Shown here one piece after another: positions 40,826 to 50,650 of a DNA stretch of 64,000 bases. Within the stretch, counting starts at the first letter, position 1. Every line of letters begins with the position of its first letter. Source of the stretch: an uncultured Planctomycetia bacterium (GTDB lineage Bacteria; Omnitrophota; Gorgyraeia; Gorgyraeales; Gorgyraeaceae). A model generated the notes under the pieces. The model was not told the DNA's origin. It saw nothing but the letters and a program-made list of their open reading frames with translations, and made no database searches. The stretch is from NCBI GenBank assembly GCA_964566255.1, contig CAZMID010000004.1, positions 3,441-67,440 of the forward strand, given 5' to 3'. Made by a program: the position numbers and the translations under genes.

Positions 40826-41676
40826 ATAGACAAATCTCTTATTTTATCTTCCACTTTCTTCTCTGCCCAACCCCCCTTTGCCACAATATAGAAAGAGGCA
40901 GAGAAGAGCAAAAAATGCCTTGCTACAAATCCCAAAAACACAACCCATGTGATAAAAATACTTGTGAAGATTTCCAGTAAAAGCAAAAGACATACAAAAT
41001 CGACAGTCTTAGCGTGATCATCCAAGAAATTCTTGATTAGATTATAAAATATACTCTTTTTCTTATTAGCAATCCTATGGGTTTTCTCACTTTTAGTCCT
41101 ATATTCTTTTAGTTCTTCTGATTTAAGGCAGCTCTGAAAAAGAATTTTATAGCCAAACGAGATCAGGTTAGCTGCATAAAACAATGGGATTAATAATGTT
41201 AAATAATAAAATAGCATCATTCCAGATTTTTGAGCCACATAAAGGCCCAGTCCTACCTGAAAACCCAATGTCCCCAGTAAAGCCCCATAAGGATCTAGCA
41301 CGACTCCAGTAATAGAAGTCTGGTTTTTTATTCTTGCAAGATGTCCATCACTCCAATCTAATATTGCTTTTAAGAAAAATATAAAAATTGCAATAAAAAC
41401 CGTCTTGTTTGTAGAGATCGCTAACAAAATGCCCCCAGCTAAGCCCAATAGACCATAAATAATTGATAAGGTATTAGGTTTAATTCTTGTCTTTAACAAA
41501 AAATATACTAATACAGCACTTGATTCCATATACAACCTTGCTTTTAAAAAGGTATAAGGATTTTTTTTCCAGTTGTTAATATATGGGCAATCACTAATCT
41601 TATCCTTATATTGTTCTAATCTAAGCTGCCTGAGTGTTATGTTTTTATTGGTCATATTTACGAACCCTTTCAACAT
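40822..41676 (-). CDS. CDP-alcohol phosphatidyltransferase-family membrane enzyme
   Basis: 284 aa; DWSDGHLARIKNQTSITGVVLDPYGALLG matches D-G-x2-A-R-x8-G-x3-D-x3-D; about 6 TM helices. Confidence 0.8.
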   Translation of the reverse strand: MLKGFVNMTNKNITLRQLRLEQYKDKISDCPYINNWKKNPYTFLKARLYMESSAVLVYFLLKTRIKPNTLSIIYGLLGLAGGILLAISTNKTVFIAIFIFFLKAILDWSDGHLARIKNQTSITGVVLDPYGALLGTLGFQVGLGLYVAQKSGMMLFYYLTLLIPLFYAANLISFGYKILFQSCLKSEELKEYRTKSEKTHRIANKKKSIFYNLIKNFLDDHAKTVDFVCLLLLLEIFTSIFITWVVFLGFVARHFLLFSASFYIVAKGGWAEKKVEDKIRDLSI

Positions 41677-42352
41677 CTCCTATGAAATCAATCTCTACCC
41701 ATTTTAAGCCATTAATGTCCTCAAAACTAAAATCCACTTTCTTAAAAAGATCTGGCAATATATCCTCATAGCCAATATCAAGATTGCCCTTTTCTATATT
41801 ATTTTCTACAATCCTTCGCAGGATATTTGTTGTCGTCTTTTCCATCTTTAAAAAACCAACCCACTCACCCATTAGGTCAAAATCTCCCTTTAGGCCTCTT
41901 TCTATAGTACAGACTCTTCCTTTCTTTATACCTGCTATACATTCCTCTCCAGCATTTGGAGAAACAGTATCAATAACAATAGAATTAACTCCCTTTGCTT
42001 CCATCAATCTTCTTAATATCTCCTTTTCAAAAAAGACATCTCCATCCATTAAAAGAATAGTATCATCCAATTCCTCCCTTGCCGTCCATAAAGAAAGAAT
42101 ACTACCCCTGGAATAATCAGAATTCGCTATCACTCTAATGCTACCCTTAAAAGGAATAGTCTGAATCTTTTGTTCTACCAAATCTTTCCTATATCCTGTT
42201 ACAACAACTACATCTTCTATGCCAAGCTCCTCAAAATGCTCTAAATATCTTTCAATAAGAGTCTTGTTTCTCGTTTCAATTAAACATTTTGGCTTATCAG
42301 TATAATCTCTTATCCTATTCCCTATCCCTGCAGCTAAAATTATAGCCTTCAT
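41645..42352 (-). CDS. Nucleotidyltransferase (LicC/PntC-like cytidylyltransferase for phosphocholine/AEP-type substrates)
   Basis: 235 aa; MKAIILAAGIGNRI (GxGxR NTP-transferase P-loop), KCLIE; sits between the transaminase and the CDP-alcohol transferase. Confidence 0.65.
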   Translation of the reverse strand: MKAIILAAGIGNRIRDYTDKPKCLIETRNKTLIERYLEHFEELGIEDVVVVTGYRKDLVEQKIQTIPFKGSIRVIANSDYSRGSILSLWTAREELDDTILLMDGDVFFEKEILRRLMEAKGVNSIVIDTVSPNAGEECIAGIKKGRVCTIERGLKGDFDLMGEWVGFLKMEKTTTNILRRIVENNIEKGNLDIGYEDILPDLFKKVDFSFEDINGLKWVEIDFIGDVERVRKYDQ

Positions 42353-43434
42353 AAGTTCTTTCTTTTCTTCTCTAGGATAGATTTCAATACTTCAAGAAAA
42401 CCTTTAATGTCGTCTTCTGAAATAAGGCCGACTGTCCCAATGCGAAAAGTCTTATCGCTCAATCCCTTTACAGGAACATATATCTCATACCCCATTCTTC
42501 TGCATTCCTGATAAAGATATTCATAAGTAATCCCATCGGGCAGAAAAACAGTCGTCATTGTATTAGAGAATAAACCTTCCTTTAAATATAACTTTAAACC
42601 CAGATTTAGCAAACCATCTCTCAAAAGCCTCGTTATCTTTGCATAATGCCTTATCCTTTTATCCATACCCTCTTCTATTAGTTCTCTTAACGCTTCCCTT
42701 AATGCATAGAATGTCTGAACAGCTGGAGTAAAAGGTGTCTGACCTTTTCTCTCATAATCAAGGTGTCTAATTAAACTAAGGTAATATCCTTTTTCTGTAC
42801 CTTTTGAACATAATTGAATAAATTTATTCGATGCCAATACAAAAGAAAGACCAGCTGTTCCCCTTATACATTTATTTGCACTTCCTATTATAAAATCAAT
42901 ACCCCAATCTTTAAGGTTAAGTTCCTCACCAGCAATACTAGATATTGCATCTACCATAACCAAAGAACCTTTTTCTTTAGCAAGTCTTGCTAAATCCTTC
43001 AAAGGATTAAGCATCCCTGTGCCTGTTTCATGATGGACAAGATAAGTTATTGCTGGTTTTACTTTACCCATTGCCTCTGAGGCTATATTTAAATCAATTG
43101 CACCAGAGTCTGGAAAATTCACTCTATGCACATCTAATCCATTTAATAATGATATTTCATATGTCCTCTCGCTATACGCTCCGTTAGAAACTACCAGAAT
43201 AGGTTCAAGTGTATTTTTTAATGATAATAAAGAAGCCTCTATAGCTGCTGTTCCAGAACCTGTAAATATCACTGGACTATAACCTTCTGAGCCAGGACAT
43301 ATCTTAAGCAATAGATTGCGTGTTTCTTCAAGTAGCGCTTTAAAATCAAGACCTCTATGGTTTATGTCAGGTCCTAATAGGGCACGCCTTACATTTTCAG
43401 AGATATTAGCCGGGCCAGGTGAAAAGATTATCAT
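42349..43434 (-). CDS. Class V aminotransferase, 2-aminoethylphosphonate:pyruvate transaminase (PhnW/AepZ)-like
   Basis: 361 aa; N-terminus IIFSPGPANIS (cf. LLTPGPLTTS), HHETGTGMLNPL, VDAISSIAGE, SANKCIRG (Lys). Confidence 0.7.
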   Translation of the reverse strand: MIIFSPGPANISENVRRALLGPDINHRGLDFKALLEETRNLLLKICPGSEGYSPVIFTGSGTAAIEASLLSLKNTLEPILVVSNGAYSERTYEISLLNGLDVHRVNFPDSGAIDLNIASEAMGKVKPAITYLVHHETGTGMLNPLKDLARLAKEKGSLVMVDAISSIAGEELNLKDWGIDFIIGSANKCIRGTAGLSFVLASNKFIQLCSKGTEKGYYLSLIRHLDYERKGQTPFTPAVQTFYALREALRELIEEGMDKRIRHYAKITRLLRDGLLNLGLKLYLKEGLFSNTMTTVFLPDGITYEYLYQECRRMGYEIYVPVKGLSDKTFRIGTVGLISEDDIKGFLEVLKSILEKKRKNL

Positions 43435-44939
43435 AATAGACCTTCCCTCTTTAAATATATCTTTGTTAGTCGATTAAAAGCTTGATTACCTTCTTTATCG
43501 AATTTCTCGCATCTTTTAATTTCAGGCCACATTTCCTTTGGAAATCTAACATACATCGCGAATGTCCTTTGTAAGCCTCGGATCTGCTTTTGTCCCAGAT
43601 GCGGCATCTTTATTATAGCCTCGGATCTATAGTCGCCAGCCAAGGCATCTCTATCTAAATAGCCCTTTTCTATAGCAAGCTCTCTTAATTTTGTTCCTCT
43701 ATATGGGTTAAATATATTCACGATGATATTGTCTGCATCTATATTCCTGTTTAACTCAATAGTATCAAAAATAAGCCTCCTTGTTTCCGTAGGAAATCCT
43801 ATAACATTATTCGCGCAAGCCCTTATCTTTGTCTTTTTTGCTATACAAAATGCCTTTATAATAGAACGGTTAGTTACCTTCCTATTAAGCACTCTGTTCC
43901 TAAATTTATAACTTCCATGATCAACACCAATGCTCATCCCTTCACATCCAATCTTCCCCAATTTTAAAATCCTTTCTTCTGTTACAGCCTCTGGCCTTGT
44001 TTCTATCCAAAACGGTAATCCTATATTTTTATATCCCTCTATAAATTCATTGAATCTATCACTATCCATTAAAAGGAAATTTTCAGCTACTATATATAAA
44101 TATTGCAGGCCGTATTGTTTTTTCTTCGATCGTATCTCTTTCATCAAGGTATCTATCTTTCTATACCTATAATAATGACCGTGATGTTTGTATATATCCT
44201 GAAGACTCTTGTTGCAACAAAATGCACAATTATAAGGACATCCTCGATTCATCTCAAAAGAGCCAGCGATATAAACCTTGCCGCCCATTGGCTTATAGAA
44301 ACGTTCTTTTTCGTATATACTCCAATCGGGTTCCGGCAGCTTATTAAGATCTACCAAAGGTCTAACTGGATTCTTGTATATCTTGCGTCCTTTTTTTACC
44401 CATAAGTTTGCAACATGCGTATAGTCTTTTCTATCCTTGATCCTATCTGCTAACTCTACTATAGCGCCTTCTCCTTCTCCGATACATACCATGTCAACTG
44501 CCTTTTCGCGAATAACCTCTTGGGCTGAGAATGTAACATGGATGCCACCTATTATTGTCGGAATCCTTAAATCTCTTATTGCATTTAACAATCTTAACCC
44601 AATCAAATATGTTATTTCTACAACCGAGACTGCTACTAGGTCTGGCTTGAATTCATTAATCAATTTTCTAAAATCGCTGACCATATCAGTCTGTTTAGGA
44701 CGAATACCAAAATCTGCCAGATTGGTATATCTTACCTGCAATGTCTTCACCCTGGCATCATCTCCTGTTTCTTCCCGGGTTTTATAAAAAGTAGTATCGA
44801 ATAACTTGACTTCATGACCAGCCTGCTTAAGACAAGCTGACAATATAGATACGCCCAAAGGAATCAGATTATCCATGAAGCTATTAGCCAAAACCAACAA
44901 CACTCTTATCCGTTTCTTTTTGCTTCCATGGCTATTCAT
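43431..44939 (-). CDS. Cobalamin(B12)-binding-domain radical SAM enzyme (class B), copy C
   Basis: 502 aa; RVLLVLANSF...PLGVSILSACLKQAGHEVKLFD, NRGCPYNCAFCCNKSL. Confidence 0.8.
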   Translation of the reverse strand: MNSHGSKKKRIRVLLVLANSFMDNLIPLGVSILSACLKQAGHEVKLFDTTFYKTREETGDDARVKTLQVRYTNLADFGIRPKQTDMVSDFRKLINEFKPDLVAVSVVEITYLIGLRLLNAIRDLRIPTIIGGIHVTFSAQEVIREKAVDMVCIGEGEGAIVELADRIKDRKDYTHVANLWVKKGRKIYKNPVRPLVDLNKLPEPDWSIYEKERFYKPMGGKVYIAGSFEMNRGCPYNCAFCCNKSLQDIYKHHGHYYRYRKIDTLMKEIRSKKKQYGLQYLYIVAENFLLMDSDRFNEFIEGYKNIGLPFWIETRPEAVTEERILKLGKIGCEGMSIGVDHGSYKFRNRVLNRKVTNRSIIKAFCIAKKTKIRACANNVIGFPTETRRLIFDTIELNRNIDADNIIVNIFNPYRGTKLRELAIEKGYLDRDALAGDYRSEAIIKMPHLGQKQIRGLQRTFAMYVRFPKEMWPEIKRCEKFDKEGNQAFNRLTKIYLKREGLL

Positions 44940-45493
44940 GCAATAACTCCTTTTATACGTCGAGTCAATGCCTCTGGCATAAGAGAAATTCTGGCAGCAT
45001 CTTTTAAACTCTCTGATTCGACTTTTAAGAGTAAAAAAGAAGGACCAGTCTCTTCTATGACATGCGAAAATATCCTAGTCAACTCATTCTCTTTATCGAT
45101 TTTATACACATGATCATATCCTGCCCCACTAGCAATACGTGAAAGATCGATGTCCTTTGAAATGCTTGGTTGATTGCCTGTCGATTGATAAGACTCATTA
45201 TCCAAAACAATATGTATGAGATTTTTTGGTTTAAATGAAGCTGTCATAGCCATGCTCCCCATGTCCATCAAAATACTACCGTCTCCATCGAATATTACTA
45301 CTTTCTTATTAGTATTCAACGCAATCCCTAGACCTACTGCTGAAACAAGACCCATAGATCCAAGCATATAAAAATTGGCCTCTCTATCTTTGGCGCAAAA
45401 AGCATCTCTACTAATCATGCCAGTAGTAAAAAGCGCTACATCCTCATCCTTTAATAAATCCAGTATTACCGTTATAGCGTCGAATCTCTTCAT
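44936..45493 (-). CDS. Phosphonopyruvate (or sulfopyruvate-type) decarboxylase, beta subunit (TPP-binding PP domain)
   Basis: 185 aa; TPP motif GSMGLVSAVGLGIALN...VVIFDGDGSILM...N; follows a PYR-domain ORF and a PEP mutase. Confidence 0.7.
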   Translation of the reverse strand: MKRFDAITVILDLLKDEDVALFTTGMISRDAFCAKDREANFYMLGSMGLVSAVGLGIALNTNKKVVIFDGDGSILMDMGSMAMTASFKPKNLIHIVLDNESYQSTGNQPSISKDIDLSRIASGAGYDHVYKIDKENELTRIFSHVIEETGPSFLLLKVESESLKDAARISLMPEALTRRIKGVIA

Positions 45494-45978
45494 CCTACCA
45501 TTCCTTTCTTCAGGATAATAGCAACAGGCCTGGAGCTCTTATTCATTTCTTCAACTGCCCAATCAATATCCTTTGTAAAATCTTCAGTCAATATTAGAGT
45601 CGGGATACCTAATTCCTTAAGTAAAGGTAACATCTTCTTCCCCATAATAATATGCTCGGGCTCGTCTTGCTGCTGATACCCCCGCCAGGTAATAAACATT
45701 AATACAGGAACCTTGTAAATAAGGTTAAAGGATGTAAGGGCATTAATAATGTTTCCCAGGCCTGAATTTTGAATTAATATACCACTTTTCCTGCCTGCTA
45801 GATAAGCGCCGCTAGCTATACCTAAAGCCGCATTTTCTCTAACTGCCGGGATATAGTCTATATCAGAATCACTTAACGAACCCTTTAATATCTCTTTTAA
45901 GATAGAACAAGGGACTCCGGAAAAAAAAGTAAACCCTTTCTTTTTTAAATGGTCCCAAAAATTATAATACGAAATCAT
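45490..45978 (-). CDS. Phosphonopyruvate decarboxylase, alpha subunit (TPP PYR domain)
   Basis: 162 aa; FFSGVPCSILKEI, ENAALGIASGAYLAG: TPP pyrimidine-binding domain as in split ComD/ComE-type and Ppd enzymes. Confidence 0.7.
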   Translation of the reverse strand: MISYYNFWDHLKKKGFTFFSGVPCSILKEILKGSLSDSDIDYIPAVRENAALGIASGAYLAGRKSGILIQNSGLGNIINALTSFNLIYKVPVLMFITWRGYQQQDEPEHIIMGKKMLPLLKELGIPTLILTEDFTKDIDWAVEEMNKSSRPVAIILKKGMVG

Positions 45979-45990
45979 ATTATTTCTGCC

Positions 45991-47649
45991 TCATTTAATA
46001 AGCGAACAAGCCAATTTGTAATCCTCAAACGAATGGATTTCCAACCATCCTGAATTAATCTCTATCCCGTTTACTTTATGTCCACAGTTTATGATTTCCT
46101 GGATTAGATCTGACAAGTTTGCTTTTTCAAAAATAGGGGCACTGTGGAACGGTTTCCCTCGATAATCATGAGCTGATCTAGAATATATATCCTTGAAGAT
46201 CTCTGTCCCTCTTGAAGACAAGAGCATTAATCCAGGAAATTCATAGTGAGCTTTCTTAAGTTCAATATCCAAACCTATCTTCTTTATCTCTTTTGTAGAG
46301 CTACCCCTAAGTCTTCTTCTTGTATTAATAGGTTTTGAATCTGATATAACCAGATCTACTCTTTTCTTAGGTCCATAATTTTTCGAATCAAAGGTAGAAT
46401 CTAGAAGAATAGTAATATCTTCCTTACTCTGTAAAAGTTGATCTAAGATAAAATAGTCAAAAAGTATATCTGAGTAAGCAATAAAGGTCTTTCCTGTCAT
46501 ATATTCACTAGCACGCATTACAGAATTTAATATTCCTGTTGTCTTATAATCAGGATTACTGATAAGCTTGATACCATCCATATCTATCTTTTCCTTTTTA
46601 TACCCCCCGATTACGCAAATTTCTGATATCCCTGCTTTATTAAAGACCTCTAACTGCCTCTTTAATAAAGGTCTACCATTTATGTCTAACATAGCTATAG
46701 GAATTTCACTAGAAACATCTTTCATAGAATACTCTTCTATATGGTCTCCTGCTGCAGGAATAAATGCTGCTACCTTTTCTTTTTCCGCTCGCAAATAAAC
46801 TCTTTCTGCCTTTTTCATCTGTGGCATACCTTGAAGCTCAAACACCTGCTTCATAGAAGTGATTTTTTCCTCTACACTACCCACTGTTCCTGTCCGTTTA
46901 ATCTCATCAAACACCCCCTCCATAGCCCTGATAGCTGCCCTTATTCCCTGATTTGCATAGATCACCATCTTCACGCCAATGTCTTCTAATTCTTTGGAGG
47001 TAACTTTACAGTAAGTAGTAGGAACAACTATTAAAGGAACTCTATTTTGCCATCTCCTAGCAAAATCAAATATCTCATTGGGCTCACTTGATTTAGAATG
47101 AATCAGTATAGCATCTGCTCCTGCATCTATATAGGTATGGGCTCGTTTTAGAGCCTCTTCCATGCCCCAACCTGCAATTAGCGCTTCTACTCGAGCTATA
47201 ACCATAAAATCCTGGTTTTCCTGTGCATTCTTAGCAGCCATAATTTTCCCTACAAACTCAGGTATAGAAGCAAGCTCTTGCCTGCCAGGGATATAGCTAT
47301 TTACTTTTGGAAACTGTTTATCTTCAATACACACTCCAGCTATACCCGCTGTCTCATACTTTTTAACCATATGAACCACGTTATTTGAGTTTCCATATCC
47401 TGTATCGCAATCAGCAATAACTGGGATTGAAACAGCATCGTTCATTTCACAAGCCCTTTCTAAATATTGTGACATCGTAAGGATATTGGCGTCTGGGACA
47501 GCATAAGAAGTAGATATCTCTAAGCTACTCGCCCATATTCCATCAAATCCATTCCGCTCTACTAATTTTGCACTCAAGCCATCATGTGCACCTACTATTT
47601 CTATTAAACCTCGTCTGTTAAAAAGGCTTCTTAGTTTTGTTGTTTTCAT
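45991..47649 (-). CDS. Fusion: N-terminal phosphoenolpyruvate phosphomutase (Ppm) + C-terminal nucleotidyl(cytidylyl)transferase domain
   Basis: 552 aa; LRSLFNRRGLIEIVGAHDGLSAKLVERNGFDGIWASS, IPVIADCDTGYG, CIEDKQFPK (PEP mutase/ICL superfamily motifs), then FIPAAGDHIEEY...IAMLDINGRPLL...ICVIGGYK NTP-transferase fold. Confidence 0.8.
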   Translation of the reverse strand: MKTTKLRSLFNRRGLIEIVGAHDGLSAKLVERNGFDGIWASSLEISTSYAVPDANILTMSQYLERACEMNDAVSIPVIADCDTGYGNSNNVVHMVKKYETAGIAGVCIEDKQFPKVNSYIPGRQELASIPEFVGKIMAAKNAQENQDFMVIARVEALIAGWGMEEALKRAHTYIDAGADAILIHSKSSEPNEIFDFARRWQNRVPLIVVPTTYCKVTSKELEDIGVKMVIYANQGIRAAIRAMEGVFDEIKRTGTVGSVEEKITSMKQVFELQGMPQMKKAERVYLRAEKEKVAAFIPAAGDHIEEYSMKDVSSEIPIAMLDINGRPLLKRQLEVFNKAGISEICVIGGYKKEKIDMDGIKLISNPDYKTTGILNSVMRASEYMTGKTFIAYSDILFDYFILDQLLQSKEDITILLDSTFDSKNYGPKKRVDLVISDSKPINTRRRLRGSSTKEIKKIGLDIELKKAHYEFPGLMLLSSRGTEIFKDIYSRSAHDYRGKPFHSAPIFEKANLSDLIQEIINCGHKVNGIEINSGWLEIHSFEDYKLACSLIK

Positions 47650-49132
47650 TTTGATCTCCTTTGACTTTCCTAATAATTCTATTCATTAAGCTAATAGGCT
47701 TCTGGTTTAAAAAAATATTAATTTTTACCTTTATAGAATCACTTAGTTTCTGAAACTGTAATTTTAACTTCAGCATGGCCAATATCATTTTCCTCTTCTT
47801 ATACCATGCATATTTAATGTCTCTAGATAATGCCTCTATCCTTTTCTGCAGAGTCTTATTGCTAAGACTGGAGTAATTTATAACCAAACGAGATGCATTT
47901 TCAAGCCTTACCATATACTCATCAACATTTTGAATTATCCCTTTTGACAAAGCATATTCAAAAAGTGTTGACCCGGGATAAGCTGTAGCATAGAAAGTAC
48001 CTATCGTCTTAACGTCTTCTCCGATTAAAAATTCCTTTGTTTCTTCAATTGTTTCAATTGTCTCTGATGGCATCCCAAATACCATTGTAGGACTAGCATA
48101 AATACCAACTTCATTACACCATCTAATAGCCTTTCTATTCTCTTCTACAGTAATCTGCTTATTCATTTCCCTTAGGATAGTTGGGCTACCGCTTTCAATT
48201 CCAACATCTATCTCGTAACAATGGGTATCTTTTAAAATCCTCAAAAGCTCTCTATCTAAACTATTAGCACGTGCATTTATCCGATATGGTATATCCAAAC
48301 CGCTTGCTTTGTATTTTGCGCAAAAATCTATCACCCAATCACGATGCATAGTCATTAATTCATCTGCTATGCAAAATAAATCAGGAGAATATTTTCTACT
48401 TACAATAACCATATGCTCAATAAATCTATCTACGGAATGCTGCACAAAATGCTGTCCAAAATTCCTAGAACAGAAGAAACAATTGTAAGGACATCCTCTA
48501 CTGGAAAATAATACAAACTCAAAAATCTTTTTGCGTTTATCCTTCTGTCTAATATAGTCCCATTGTGTACTACTGGGGTTGATAAAATTGCGATAATAAT
48601 CAATATCTATCAAATCATATGGCGGAATCATAACCTCAAAATCCATGTCTTTCACATGAAGACCTGGCTTGATGACAACCTTTTCATCTCTGCGATATCC
48701 AATCCCATCAAGGTCATCTAAAGCCTTATGGTGTAGAAGGCGTTCTGTCAACTCAGAAACTATAGGTTCACAATCACTGGTAACTATGACATCTACATCA
48801 ATGAATTTTAAGAAAGTTTCTGGCATTGTCGAGGCAACAGATCCACCTGCCATAATTGGGATAGAATCTCCGTATTTCCGGCGGAATAGCGGGACAAATT
48901 CCTTCCAAAAATAGTAAGATGTGGAAATTCCTGTAATACCAAGTATATCAAAATCCAACGCAGCTATATCCTGAAAAGTTTCATAAGGAGTATGTTTTTT
49001 TATGTGAGAATCAACTATTTGTATCTTGTGTCCATTTGCTTTAAGTACGGCGGCAACTGCTAAAAGGCCATGGGGTATTTCGTTCATTGGCCGACTGCGA
49101 TATGTTGGACCCAACAGTAATATATTCGCCAT
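47618..49132 (-). CDS. Cobalamin(B12)-binding-domain radical SAM enzyme (class B), copy D
   Basis: 504 aa; ILLLGPTY...PHGLLAVAAVLKANGHKIQIVD, SRGCPYNCFFCSRNF. Confidence 0.8.
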   Translation of the reverse strand: MANILLLGPTYRSRPMNEIPHGLLAVAAVLKANGHKIQIVDSHIKKHTPYETFQDIAALDFDILGITGISTSYYFWKEFVPLFRRKYGDSIPIMAGGSVASTMPETFLKFIDVDVIVTSDCEPIVSELTERLLHHKALDDLDGIGYRRDEKVVIKPGLHVKDMDFEVMIPPYDLIDIDYYRNFINPSSTQWDYIRQKDKRKKIFEFVLFSSRGCPYNCFFCSRNFGQHFVQHSVDRFIEHMVIVSRKYSPDLFCIADELMTMHRDWVIDFCAKYKASGLDIPYRINARANSLDRELLRILKDTHCYEIDVGIESGSPTILREMNKQITVEENRKAIRWCNEVGIYASPTMVFGMPSETIETIEETKEFLIGEDVKTIGTFYATAYPGSTLFEYALSKGIIQNVDEYMVRLENASRLVINYSSLSNKTLQKRIEALSRDIKYAWYKKRKMILAMLKLKLQFQKLSDSIKVKINIFLNQKPISLMNRIIRKVKGDQNENNKTKKPF

Positions 49133-49144
49133 AACTATCCCTTC

Positions 49145-50650
49145 CTAAAACCTCAATAGGGCGAGTCTTTTAATAATGCGTCTATTATCAGGAGATAATA
49201 AGTTATACCCAACTACTTGAGTTATTCCGTAAATAAACGCCATTATCGTAATAATCTGAAATACATTTATACCCTTCATGAATCTTTGTGCTATAAAAGA
49301 TAAAAAGAAACATAAGAAAAAATGTGGTACATTCGGCACAACAGCCTTACGAAGAAAGTCCAGAACAGAAATCGATAGAATCCTACAATAACGAAATACA
49401 TAAAAATTTGATGCTAAAATCCATGGAATAGCTGTACCCCATGCTACTCCTGTAATACCTATAAATCTTATAAGTAAAAGGCTCAAGCCTAAATTGGCCA
49501 CTGCTACAAAACCATTGATCCTTACGGGCTCAATAATCTTGCCCTTGCCTCCGACTACAGCCTGACTTAATATTGCTATCATGATATTAAAAAACCAATA
49601 ACTTAAAAGAATCTTACAGGGTAATATAGAACCTGAAAACCTTACACCGACCCACGCTAAAATAAAGTCATCCACGCTTATCAATGCAATGATAACAATA
49701 GGGATTAATATGCCTGAATGAATCCTCGTCGCATTAATCACCATAGCGTCTCTATTGTTTTTATTCTGCTTGGCAAATTCTGCTACTATAACAGGATATA
49801 ATGGGCTGCCGAGTAAGGCATTAAGCCTTCTTATATAAGTATGAATGATAAAAGCAATAGAATATACTGCAACAGCATTAACACCTAAAATAGCCCCGAT
49901 TATAAGGTTGTCAATCTGATATATAATAAGCCCAAAAATACTGGCGACAAAATACCATCCGCTAAATTTAATAAGTTTATCCCTTAAAGACCTTGGAATA
50001 GGTCTTAATCTGAAACGAAAGTTAGGTATGAGCTTTATTGCAACGACGATGTTCACACAAGAAACTACAACAGTAATAAACTGCAATAGGGCTATGTAAA
50101 ATAAATATGATCCTGAATATGTCAATACTATCAGGGCAAGCGGAATGTTAAAAATTGAAATGACCAGGCTGACCTTACTTATAATATCCATCCGTTGAAA
50201 TCCTTTGAGTACCCCCTGAAATGGAATAACAACCCATACAAACATAGATGAAACTGCATATATTAATAATAAAATCCGACCCTTCACAACTAATTCTGCC
50301 TCTATATGGAATAACCTCTCATAAAAAAAGGACAGGGCAAATAAGGAAATAGCCACTAAAATTCCCAAAACTACAAAAAACTTAATACCGAAATGTAAGA
50401 TATCTGATACTCGATCCTGTTTTCCTTCGCCAAAAAATACTGCAGTAAATCGCGATATCCCTGAAGCCAATCCAAAATCCAATATATTAAAATAACCAAC
50501 AATAGATAATATCAAAACATTCAACCCATATAATCCTAAATCAACATGTCTCAGGATAAAGGGTATCAGAAAAAAACTAGTCAAAACCAAAATGAACTGG
50601 GAATAAGCCGAAAACTGTAAATTGCGACCTAATCTATCTACTACTGACAT
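49145..50650 (-). CDS. Polysaccharide biosynthesis membrane protein, Wzx-like flippase (MOP superfamily)
   Basis: 501 aa, about 12-14 TM helices, Wzx-like N-terminus (RLGRNLQFSAYSQFILVLTSFFLIPFILRHV...GLYG...ILDFGLASGISRF). Confidence 0.6.
   Translation of the reverse strand: MSVVDRLGRNLQFSAYSQFILVLTSFFLIPFILRHVDLGLYGLNVLILSIVGYFNILDFGLASGISRFTAVFFGEGKQDRVSDILHFGIKFFVVLGILVAISLFALSFFYERLFHIEAELVVKGRILLLIYAVSSMFVWVVIPFQGVLKGFQRMDIISKVSLVISIFNIPLALIVLTYSGSYLFYIALLQFITVVVSCVNIVVAIKLIPNFRFRLRPIPRSLRDKLIKFSGWYFVASIFGLIIYQIDNLIIGAILGVNAVAVYSIAFIIHTYIRRLNALLGSPLYPVIVAEFAKQNKNNRDAMVINATRIHSGILIPIVIIALISVDDFILAWVGVRFSGSILPCKILLSYWFFNIMIAILSQAVVGGKGKIIEPVRINGFVAVANLGLSLLLIRFIGITGVAWGTAIPWILASNFYVFRYCRILSISVLDFLRKAVVPNVPHFFLCFFLSFIAQRFMKGINVFQIITIMAFIYGITQVVGYNLLSPDNRRIIKRLALLRF

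Noticed and set aside
44936-45978. Calling the two TPP-domain ORFs sulfopyruvate decarboxylase (ComDE, coenzyme M pathway)
   Set aside because: The split architecture matches ComD/ComE, but the immediate neighbours are PEP phosphomutase and an AEP-type transaminase, which makes phosphonopyruvate the far more likely substrate. This cannot be settled without phylogeny.
41645-47649. Exact 32-nt gene overlaps occurring twice (41645-41676 and 47618-47649) as a possible programmed frameshift/repeat
   Set aside because: Sequences at the two overlaps are unrelated. The upstream gene starts may simply be at internal Mets (e.g. MTNKNITL), making this coincidence.
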